NCBI GenBank assembly: GCA_001724265.1 | Contig: MEDY01000241.1 | Location: forward strand, 1 to 47,319 | Reading direction: 5' to 3' | DNA length: 47,319 bases | Origin: Rhizaria sp. SCN 62-66 | Taxonomy: Eukaryota | Shown here: in pieces, positions 12,001 to 21,900 of the stretch | Position numbering within the stretch: position 1 is the first letter of the stretch | Layout: every line of letters starts with the position of its first letter | Notes under the pieces: generated by a model | Seen by the model: the letters and a program-made list of their open reading frames with translations, nothing else | Databases searched by the model: none | Told to the model about the DNA's origin: nothing | Program-made: the position numbers and the translations under genes

Positions 12001-13933
12001 GAGCGCCCCGGCGCAGGGCATACTGACCGACCGCGACGTGGTGCTGCTGACCGACGGCTTCCTCTTCCCGCTGCCCTGGGAGGCGCTGGCACCCTTCGCG
12101 GGCGCGCGTTCAGTCACGCGCGATTTCTCGCTCGCCTCACTGTGCCGCCGCCTGACCACACACGCGCCCCGTGCAGTCGCCGCGGGCGTGCCCGTGCCCG
12201 TGACGGTGACTGGCGGCCAGGCGCTCGCGCCGCCCGCGCTGCCAGCGTCGCAGTCGGGTGAGCTGCCCCCCGCAACGTCCGCGCAGGCGTCGCCGCCAGC
12301 GTCGCCCACCCGCTCGGCCGGATCGTCACAGGTGCTTTCCACCAGTACAGGCGGCGCTGCGACAGGGGGCTCGGCGGACGCGCTCTCGCTGCAGGTGCCC
12401 GCCGCGCCCGCCGCGCCCACGCCCGCGCCGCCGTCGTCCGATGCCGCGGCGCTGCCCGGCGCGCGGCTTGACTTCATCGTGCTGGCGCCCAAGTCCGACC
12501 CGGGCTCGACGCGCCTCGCACTTGCGACTGAGTACGCGCAGCGCTGCCAGATCTCTGCCGTGCTCGCCACTGCGGGCGCGTTGCAGCAGTCCGCTGCGGC
12601 AGCCACGGCCGGCGCGGGCGGCGGCAAGGGCGGCCGCGCCGCTGCGAGCGCTGCCGCCGCGGCTGCCGCAGCCGCAAGCGCGGGCGGTGGCGGCGCGTGG
12701 CCCGCGCAGGGCCCGCGGCTCGGCAACGGGCTCGCGCTGCCGCTGCCGTGGGCGGGAGGCGTGTGGCGCCAGGGCCCGCCATCGGAGCAGGAGTGGGCGC
12801 GCGCCTTCTCCGCAGCCGCGGGCACCGCGCCAGTGGGCGCCGGCACGGGGCTGGGTGTGATTGCCCCGCGTGGGGCGCTCAGCGACGACGCCGTGGGCAC
12901 GCAGACGGTTCTCAACGCGCCGCTGTTCCCGGCCGTCGCAGCGGCGGCCGCGACCACGGCGCCCGCACCGCTGCCGCCCGCGGGCGCGTCTGCGCTCGTG
13001 TACGCGGGCGCCGACGCCCTGAGCGCGGCCGCGGGCCCCCTGCTGGCGGCGTGCGACGCGCGCCGCGTGCAGGCCGTGCTCGCGTTCGACCGCGCTACGT
13101 CGTCCGTGGCCGCGGCCAGCGTCGCCGCCGCGCTGGGCTCCGCCGCCTCCGCATCCTCCGCGTTCGCTGCCACAAGCGCGGGTGCGCAGTCAGAGGGCGC
13201 GGGCGGCATCACGTCCGCCGCTGGCCCGGCGCGCGCGCGAAGTGCGTACGAGTCTGCGCTGCTGCTGTCGCTGCAGGGCGTGGGGTCAGTGTTGCTGCAC
13301 CGCTTCCCGATCGCCAACGCGGCCGTCGCGGCTGAGGTGTGTGTGGTGCTGGGACACTTTGTTATGGGCCGCCGCGCGACGCTGGGCGCAGCAATGCAGG
13401 CGTGGCGCCGCGCGCCCGCGCCCGCGCTGTGCCAGCGCCCGCACTCGGACGACGAGACGGGCATGTTCCTGGCCATGGGACTCGACGCCAGCGCCGGGCC
13501 TGACGCCGGCGCCACAGGCACGCCCACGCTCGCGACCATTACCGCAACTGGGACGACCGGCGGCGTGCCGTCTGCTGCGGCGAGCGCGCGCGGCATCGGC
13601 AGCGTCGTCGGCGGCGGCGGCGCGCGGCGCCCCGGCGGTGCGGCTGGGTCCGCGGCGGCTGCGTCGGCGAGCGCGGCGGCCCAGGAGCAGGCAGAGCAGC
13701 ACGCGGCGTCGGTTGCGGCGCTGCGGCGCTTCGCGGCGGCGGGCCGCGTGGAGTTGCTGCCCGCAACGCTCTCGCAGGCCGCCAGCACGGGCGAGGCCGT
13801 CGCGCAGGGCATGCTCACGCCCATCCTCGGCAACGCCGGCTACGACGCAGGCGCCTCGTGGGCGCTGCGGCTCTACGACCGCTACAACGCGCTCATTGTT
13901 GGGCTGCCTGATCCCGACATTCTGCGCGCGTAA
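2..13933 (+). CDS. CFAP46: CFAP46/TTC40-like cilia- and flagella-associated protein, 5'-truncated by the window edge, Ala-expanded, with three in-frame TAG codons
   Basis: One frame (position mod 3 = 2) from base 2 to TAA 13931-13933, interrupted only by TAG at 116, 356 and 8534; ORFs 545..8536 and 8540..13933 share this frame. Blocks recalling CFAP46 occur in the expected order: HERALLLLEQAK (~1670), VWVPVARAAAALGLLDVAQ (~4358), RALCMARLG (~5536), LVALARWLRDRGF (~5981), WVSVAAHLVRVGRLGPARAVLLEA (~7097), then the C-terminal CHAT-like region VVLLTDGFLFPLPWEAL..SVTRDFSL (~12038), PSEQEW, ALLLSLQGVGSVLLHRF, YNALIVGLP. Recognised by eye. Confidence 0.7.
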
Positions 13934-14135
13934 GCAGGACCTCTCGTTGTATTTGCGAATTTTGTGAGCTATGCAACGCAGTACGTATTCCTAATTCAGA
14001 CACAAGTTGACTTAGACATGGTCACGTCTATCGATATTCATTTGCTATCATACTATTATTAAGACAAGATACAACTAACTACATACAATACATAAGCTTA
14101 TTTGATTACACACGTTTTTTCTTTATTACGTCTGG

Positions 14136-14750
14136 TTATTCGGCAACTTCAAACACGAACATTTTGTTTCCGATACGACACACAACTTGATTGAGGGAGA
14201 ACGGTGCCACGGCTGCTGCAGCCGCTAACAAAGCATCGTTCGGGCGTTCAAGCTCCTCTTTTGGCAGCGTGCGTGATGCAGAAGCAAATGACGCATGCGG
14301 AATCGGGTCTTTGTAAAACTTCGGCAGTCCGAACACAGAGAACACACCTACGGAACGATAAACAAGCAAACGAATAAAGGGGGACCACAGGAGTGCGGTG
14401 AATTTAGAATTCAATACACACCGTTAGATCAAACCAAGTGTAATATCTCCATATATACGTACCGTCGACAGCGCTCGTGAGCTTTGCGAAGTCGCCCCCC
14501 AGTCCTTCCAGCGGCGCGGCAACAAACCAGCGCGAGCGCGAGTCATTCTCTAGCACTTGCAGCGCGCCGCCCACGACCACGGCGGGCAGGAACGCAGGGG
14601 GAACACGTGGCTGTCCCGCAGTCGTCGCCGTGGCTGCTGTGGTTGGGGCTGTGCGCGTGAACGTGACGTGCACGACGTGGGAGTCGGCGCCGAGTCCGCT
14701 GGCGGCCGCGGGCAGTGGATACACCGCAGTGCGCTCAGTGAGAGTGAGGC

Positions 14751-14791
<41 letters not shown>

Positions 14792-15657
14792 AGACGTGCG
14801 CGGAGGGCGGTGCCGAGCGCGGCGGCCAGTGCGGGGATCTGCGTGTAGCCCACGGTGGTTGTGCGTGACAGAGACAGGTGCACGTGCTGCAACTGCAGCT
14901 GCGGCTGGCGCGAAACTGGACGTTGGCCTGAGACCGGAGTGTCTTTGCTGACTGTTGATGTTGCTGAGTCTGAAGTAGCAAGCGGGCCGACGGGCTCGAG
15001 TCCAAAGCTGGGACCTGAGCTTCGAGTCTCAGCCGCGGTCGCCGTGGCCGTGAAAGTTGATGCAAGTACTGTTTCTGTCGCAGCATACGCAATGCGGAAG
15101 TATGCTTCAAGCTCGATCAGCGAGTCCCCTAGCGATTTGCTCACACCCACATTATATAGGTCAGTTTTTGCGTCTGCTGCGGCGTCTGCGAGTGCTGAGG
15201 CGGGTCGCACTGGGCGCAGAGGCATGTAGACGTGGACGGGCCAATTGCCCTCTTCGTGGGCAAACACGCGCACGCGCGACGACACGGGGGTCTCAGCGAC
15301 ACGGCCGCCGGCGGTAAAAGCAAACGGGGGCGGCGGCGCGGGGCCCAGGTAGCATTCGGCTGCAGAGCCGCTTGAGGACGCAATCTCGGCGGGGGCGAAG
15401 GGCGACGGAAGCAGCTTTGCGCGCTTGTCTTTGCGTTCGCCCTTCTTGTCCTTCTTATCCTTCTTACCATTATTAACTGTGGCGTCAGCAACTGGTGTCG
15501 GAGCCTCCGTAGCAGTCACAGCCGCACTGATCACGTTCACAGTCACCTTGTGTTGCTCTTCAGCAGGACTGGCATCGGTCGTGGGAAGCACGATGGCCGG
15601 TGATGACTCTGTTTCTGACTCTGATGAGGAGTCGTAATATGCTGCAAATGCGTTCAT
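14136..15657 (-). CDS. USB1: U6 snRNA phosphodiesterase USB1/Mpn1 (2H family), 2 exons, ~468 aa
   Basis: RVRVFAHEEGNWPVHVY motif and two HxS catalytic motifs (HLSLSRT; FYKDPIPHASFA). Exons 15657-14463 and 14347-14136; intron 14462-14348 (GTACGT...TAG, 115 nt) joins them in frame; stop TAA. Confidence 0.9.
14752..14790. repeat. (GCT)13 microsatellite encoding poly-Ser inside USB1
   Basis: Perfect 39-nt trinucleotide run; reads (AGC)n on the minus strand in the USB1 frame. Confidence 0.95.
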
Positions 15658-15974
15658 TCTAGGTTCAACCAAATTGAATAAAGCAAGTGCGCACCAATGT
15701 AAGCGTGAAATGAAGACAGGAGCAAGTGACCGTTTACACCTCCAGAGATATCACATTGTATTTGAACTCTAGCCGTTTGCGAGAAGCCACTGGCCGCTGT
15801 GCCCTTCGGTCGTGTGTTTGAATTATTTTTGTCGTACCAGTCTACTGTGTCCGTCAACATAGCCATGATTCAAATATATATAATTAATTGTAATTTTGCA
15901 TATGATTTCTTAATTATATACTCTAAATCCTTATAATTGTTTTCCAAACCCTTCGTTTCATAGACTACCCCGCG

Positions 15975-16573
15975 ATGAGTGGTCTTCGCAGGGGCTACGT
16001 GTGCAAGTCGGCCACAATCTTCATAATGCTCTTCATCGACATCGTTATCAACGGCCTCATGGACATGATTAACCACCGGTACGTCTATGTATTGCTCGAT
16101 GAACAACCTCGGCTTTAACAGTCCCCACCATCATCAGCTCAAATGGAAGCCTTCGCTCGGTCCTCACAGGTTTCCTTTCCTTGTCTCTCTCGCGCAGCCA
16201 AAACTCGACTATTGTGTACGCGCTGTTCGGCGTGCAGTTTGCGCTGCGCATTAGCCTTATTTTTATGCTCCTCGTCCTGCTCTGGGGCACCTACCTGTTC
16301 AAGTACGGGTTGTTTGGCCTGCTGTGCTCCGAGTTCCGCGGCGTCCTCATCGCCACGCCGCTGTCGTTCGCCTTCATGGCCGCGCTGCGCGTGCTGAAGC
16401 TCGTCGCGACCATCGGCTCGACCACGCTGCTTGCGCTCTGGGACTCGCGGGTGTACCAGGCGCTCTTCGTGCTCAATGCGCTGGCGTCGCTCGCGCTCTA
16501 CGCAGGGTTGCTGCATGCCATCTTCACCGTCGGGCGGCCGCGAATGTATAAGCCCGTCGAGTGGACGCGCTGA
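15975..16573 (+). CDS. TMEM138: TMEM138-like ciliary transmembrane protein, 2 exons, ~159 aa
   Basis: Exon 15975-16078 (MSGLRRGY...FIDIVING), intron 16079-16197 (GTACGT...CAG), exon 16198-16573. Four hydrophobic segments; TYLFKYGLFGLLCSEFR and C-terminal VGRPRMY resemble TMEM138 TFVFQAGLVNLLFHKFK and LGDPHFY; stop TGA. Confidence 0.8.
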
Positions 16574-17325
16574 TGAGGCGCAGAGAAAGAGAAAGACGCG
16601 GGCGTTGTATTGGGGGAGCGAACTACTGCTGCACTGCGTTGCTGCGATGCTTTGCTGCGACGGTGTGATGACAGCTCATTGCGATGATGAGGGTCGGACA
16701 TGTACAACTTCAGAGTCTGACACTTCTGTACGTCCGTATACAGGGCTGATGTGGGCCACTAAGCCGCTCTTACACGGCCAATTCACACATTTGTGTTATG
16801 CTCAGGTTTGTTATTCTTTATCTAGTTCTTACTTTCGCACTTGCATTGTGCAATCGCGCCAATGTTACTTAGACTTCTTACCAAATGGCCGCATGCGCCA
16901 CTCGAGTGCGTATCGATGCAATGGCCGTGCAGATCGATGTGCAATACAAATCAATTCATTTCCATTGGGATCAAACATCACGATAATCAGTGGTTAGAGT
17001 GTGTATTCAAATCTGAACAGGCATCAATCGATGCGATTTATGACATGTATGATCCGGTAATGGGCCAAACCACACACATGGCCATGTCTCATATTGAGCA
17101 CATGCCAAAACTGGCCGGGTCATGGCAAATCACAATAGCACACACGCATCACTTCACTCGTCAGCAGTCAACTGTCAGCAGCCAGCGGTCCGTAGTCAGC
17201 AAAGATGTGGGTAGCGTCGCGTCACAGCGCTTTTAGAGCACCACGTCACAGCGCACTTAAAACTCGAGGTGCATGCGCGCGCGCACTGTCAGTACGTCAT
17301 GGCAGCGTCGCTCGCGTCAAAAGAG

Positions 17326-18435
17326 TCAAAATTCGAGGTGCCTGCGCGCACCGACAGCACCTACACTGGCTCTCACCCCGTTTGCCGCTGCAGCAACACC
17401 AGCAGGACCATCCGAGTCCGCCACTGCCGCATCAGAGGCAGTCGCAGCGGCGGCGGCAGCGGCGGCGGAGGCGCGGGTGGCGGCCTTAGTCTTGCTCTGC
17501 AACGGCGTCCCGTCGGCCGACAGCATCAGCGTCGCCGTCGCCGCCTGAGTGCCAGCGCCAGCGCGCGCGCTCTTTACACAAATCGGGTTTGCAGCGGGGC
17601 GGGCAGGAGACGGCGAGGCCAACGGCGACACCGCAGCAGCAGCAGCAGCAGCAGCGGCGGCGGCGGCAGCGGCGGCGGCCGAGGGACGGCCGCGCTTGAT
17701 GGCGACCGAGTCTGTCGGAAAGGCTCTCGAGGCCAAGGCCGAGGCAGTGGCAGTGGCGGTGGCGGGCGTAGCGGGGTGACTGTAGTGGGGGCACGAGGCC
17801 AGGATCATGCTGAACCGCACTGGCGAGGGCTGAGCGGGCTGCTGCAAAGGTGCGGCGCGTCGGCCCACGCCAGCGCCAGTGTCAGTGCCAGTGTCAACCC
17901 CAGAGCCAGCGCCAGCGCCAGCGCCTCCAGCTCCAGCACCAGCACCAGCGCCAGGGGGCGAGGGCCCGGCGCAGCGCGTGCGCGCAGAGGAAGCCGGCAC
18001 GGTCGGCGTCAGAAACACCGCCGCAGTCGGCGGCACAGCGGCGCCAGCTGCGACGGCGGCGGCGGCAGAGGAGCGGGACAGGGACTGACGCGGGGTGTGC
18101 ACGGCTGCTGCGGCTGTGGTGGAGTCGCCGGCGAGCGAGATGACGCGCGTGGGCGTCAAGAGCAAGGGGGCACCGTCGTCGTCGGAGAAGATCTCGGCGA
18201 GGATCTCGGCGGCGAGCGCGGTGTTGTCCGAGGCAGTGTGCGGCTCGGTGGCGGCGGCGGAGCAAAAGGCGGCCCCGGCGAGCACGTTCGCGGAGGTTTC
18301 GTTCGAGACGGCGACGGTCTCGGAGTGGGAGAGCTTGGGGACGGATGCTGAGGTGATAAAAGAGGCCTCAACCGCGCAGATAAGCTCGTCGAGGACATCC
18401 GCCACAATGGGCGCGATGTGGCCGTCGTGGGACAT
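17326..18435 (-). CDS. Hypothetical disordered Ala/Pro/Ser/Thr-rich protein, 369 aa
   Basis: ATG-initiated ORF filling a GC-rich island between AT-rich spacers, with the same Ala-rich style as neighbouring genes and a pyrimidine tract plus CAG 12 nt upstream; stop TGA. No domain recognised. Confidence 0.65.
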   Translation of the reverse strand: MSHDGHIAPIVADVLDELICAVEASFITSASVPKLSHSETVAVSNETSANVLAGAAFCSAAATEPHTASDNTALAAEILAEIFSDDDGAPLLLTPTRVISLAGDSTTAAAAVHTPRQSLSRSSAAAAVAAGAAVPPTAAVFLTPTVPASSARTRCAGPSPPGAGAGAGAGGAGAGAGSGVDTGTDTGAGVGRRAAPLQQPAQPSPVRFSMILASCPHYSHPATPATATATASALASRAFPTDSVAIKRGRPSAAAAAAAAAAAAAAAAVSPLASPSPARPAANPICVKSARAGAGTQAATATLMLSADGTPLQSKTKAATRASAAAAAAAATASDAAVADSDGPAGVAAAANGVRASVGAVGARRHLEF

Positions 18436-18939
18436 GGAGCGGCGACGCTGGTTGAAAGAGCTTGAAAGTGGAACTGTTCAAGGAAGAATACAACAGACAG
18501 AAGCACAGATAAGCAAGGTGAAAATTGAATCACAAGTAGGAAAACAAAAGTTCTATTCAATATAAACAAGGAATATACTAATGGCGGAGAGACATGCGAG
18601 GTAGAGCGTTGTAGTGTTGGCGCCAAAAATCTCTCCTTGGCTGCCTTGGCCGAGACCCGAGTCAACCCGGAACGACGTAGCGTAACTGGAAACGAAGATA
18701 TGCACACCAAGAGATCGCAGGTTTTAAGTGTTAGCGTCTTCTTGTCGGTGCACCGTGTTCAACATATATAAACCATATTTGTTTCTTCATAAGTCCTCAC
18801 CCATCCTCTCGATCTATTCAACTCTTTGCAGTCAGTTTGACCGTTCACCACAAACCTGCTACGGTATCTCCGCTGACCTCCGCAGCCCCTCAATTCGTAA
18901 GCCCGAGTTTGCACACGTGTGCCTCAGGTTGAGCGCACA

Positions 18940-21900
18940 ATGAGCCATCACTTTGTGCCGCAGAACACGCTGATGACGGCCGAGCTGGCCGTGTTGGACA
19001 TGGTCGAGGCGCGCTCGTGCAAAGAGAAGCTCTACTTGCAGTACTGCGAGGAGCTCGAGGCCGCGCTGGCCGAGTTCGAGAAGGCCCAGGATTGGGCCGA
19101 CCTGCTCACCTCGCTCCAGAAGCTACAGCGCGTGCTTGACAGCCGCAAGTTCGCCGCATACCGCTTCCTGCCGCGCTCCAAGGTCGTGCCGGCGGCCAAG
19201 GCCCTGGCCCAATGTCTCAACAAGGGCCTCCCGTCCGGAGTGCACACGCGCACGCTCGCCATATACGCCTCGCTCTTCACCAAGCTACACCCCGATTTCT
19301 TCCTCCGCGACCTCTCGCTGTACCTCGCCGGCCCGCTCCCGCTGCTCCCCGCGGGCTCCGAGGCCGTCCGTCTCGCAGTCCTGGACCTCGTCTCTGCGCA
19401 CGTGCAGCCGCTGGCGCGCCGCCTCACGCCCGCGCTCCCGGGGCTCGTCGCGGCCGTGCTGCCGGGACTGGAGGAGCACAACACTGAGCTCTACGCGCGC
19501 ACTGTTGTTGTGCTTGCCGCTCTGCGCCGCGCCGCCGGCGACGACGCGTATTTCGCTGCGGTCTGGCGCGCCGGACTCGCTGGACACGCGCTCCGCCTCC
19601 CCGCGCTCATGGGACTCGCCCTCGCGCTGCCGAAGCCCTCCACGCTGCCACCGCCGCCGTTCTCCCTTGCGGATGCCGTCGCCGAGGCGCAGGCTGCGCT
19701 GCCTGCGCCCGCGCCCGCACCGGCGCCCGCCGCGGCCGCCGCGCTCGTGGCCGCGGCCGCCGGTGCGTGCGAGATGTCCCCCCCCATGCAATCGCTCGTG
19801 GTCGGCGCGCTCGCGGGTGCCGTCGCCGAGCGCGGCAACGTGCTGTCCCGCCGCCAAGCGCTCGATGTGGTCACGACGTACTACCCTTTGCGGGCCTCGC
19901 GCGCGCCGGCGCCCGCGCTCGCTGCCGGTCTGACCGCGCTCGCCGCCGCGCCTGCGAATGTTGAGGCCGCTGCGGCGGCCGCCGCGATTGCCGCCGCCGC
20001 GACGGCGCCCAGCGACGCGCTGCGGCCGCTGTCGCCCATGGCGCAGGCCGCACTGGCCGCCGCGGTGCTGCCGCTTCTGGTCGAAGGCGACGCGTCCCTG
20101 TCTCGCCGTGTTTTTTACTGGCTCACTGCCTCCGCTGTCCCGCTGCCCGACGCCGCCGTCGGGTCTGCTCCTGGCGCCGCCGCCGCCGCCGCCGCCGCTG
20201 CGGTGGGCTCGCCGGTAGACGGCAGCGGTGCCCCGGGCGTCATCTGCCCGTTCGTCCAGGACATCGTCATCAACGCCCTCGCCAGTGCCTTCGCCCCCGC
20301 CGCCGCGGCCGTTACACGGCTACCCGGCCTCGCGCCCAGCGCAGTCTCCGCCGTCGATTCCATTACCGGCGCCGGCGCTCTTCCTGCCACTGGGGCTGGT
20401 GGCGCGGGTGGCGCGGCGTTCGCGGACCTGCCTCTGTTCCTGGCCGCGGCAGGCGAGCTCGCACCCGCGCTATCGCGGCCCGCGCTCATGGTTTCGGCGC
20501 TGCTGTCCCGCGCTGAAGTCGCCGCCGCGGTGTCCGCGCCGGACTCGCGCTTCGCCGCGCGTTTGACCGAGCTGCTCTTCACCCACGCGCTCGCAATGAA
20601 CAGGTTCGTGCGACTCTGCGCCCGTGCGCGCGCCGCCGCCGAGGAGGGCGGCGCGCCCGCGCAGGCGTTGCAGGGCGGTGCTTCCGCGCTGGCGTCCTCG
20701 GCGTCGGCGGCGGGGAACGCTGCGCTCGCGCTGACGCTGGCGCCCGCCGCGGCCGCCGACGCCGCAGTGATGACACTGTCGGACCTGTGCACCGGCGTCG
20801 ATGCAGCATTCGCGCTCACACTGCCGCCGCTCGCCGCCGCCGCGGGCGCGGGCGCGGACAACCTCGCGCCCGGCGCCGCCGCGTGGGTTGCGCTCCACAC
20901 CGCCGCCGCCGCGAATAGCGCCGGGAGCAACAGCCACACCGGCGCTGCGCGTCGCGGCAACAACAGAAGCCGCGCCGGCTCGCTCACCGCCGCCACGCCT
21001 GCCGCGGCCACCGCTGCGTTCGCTGCGGCGGACGCTCTGGAGGAGGAGAACGCCGCCGCACTGGCGCCGCACGCAGCGGGCGTGGCCGCGCTGGCCTCCG
21101 CCGGCGGCGCCGTGGTGCTGCCGCCGGCGCCTGTGGCCACCCGCGCCGCCGCGGTCGAGATGGCCGCGCTCGGCGCGCTCAAGGCGCTGCACCGTGTGCT
21201 GGCCCACCCGGCCTGCGGCGCCGCGCCGCTCTGGGCGCTCGCGGCCAAGAGACTCGCAAGCGCAAACGCCGCGCTCGCCGCCGCTGCCGCCGCGGCGGCC
21301 GCGGGTGCTGGATCGGGCGCGGCCGAGCTGGCTGCGGCCGTGGCTGCGGCGGTATCCGCCGCCAGTGACGCTGAGTTCGCGAGCGATTTCTTCCCCGTCA
21401 AGCCCGAGGAAGCCCCCCATCGCATTTACCTCGCGATCACCCACGGCACTGGCGCTGAAGTTGGCGCAGACGCTGACGCTGACGGGAAAACCCACAGTGA
21501 GGACGCGGCGACGCTGGAGGTTGACCCCGCGCGGCCGCACTTGGCGCTGCTGGCGCTGTTGGCGGACCAGATCCCTTTGCTCGCGCGCGCGCACGCCTTC
21601 TCCGCCGCGGCCGCCGCACTCGGCGCGATGCGCGCTGCTCTCACTCGCCTCCGCACTGCCCGCCCCACCGCGGCACACGCGCACGCAGGCGGCGCCGCTG
21701 CCGCGAGTAACACCGAGGCGGGCGCGGGGTCGCCCGTGCCGTCCCTGATGGGCACTGGCGCCACGAACGCGGCGGGCTCTGCTGCGGCTGCGGCGGCGCT
21801 GTCGTCGATGGCGGGCGACGACCTGCCGTTGCGCGCGCTGACCATGCTCCGCGCGCTCCTGCGGCCCTGCTACGACGCCCTCACCGTCGGCGCCCTCACC

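Noticed and set aside
8540-13933. ORF 8540..13933 as a separate gene or as a separase/CHAT protease
   Set aside because: No AT-rich spacer or acceptor precedes it, it starts at GTG in frame with the upstream ORF, the motifs fit the CFAP46 C-terminus, and no catalytic His-Gly/Cys dyad is evident.
16684-16749. Possible C/D box snoRNA (ATGATGA...CTGA...CTGA) downstream of TMEM138
   Set aside because: The terminal stem is mostly G-U wobble, no rRNA-complementary guide was recognised, and it lies in a probable 3'UTR.
16431-17489. Short ORFs in the TMEM138-orphan spacer, and similar ones in 36171-36900 and 44219-44407
   Set aside because: AT-rich, lacking the codon style of the supported genes, and no recognisable motifs.
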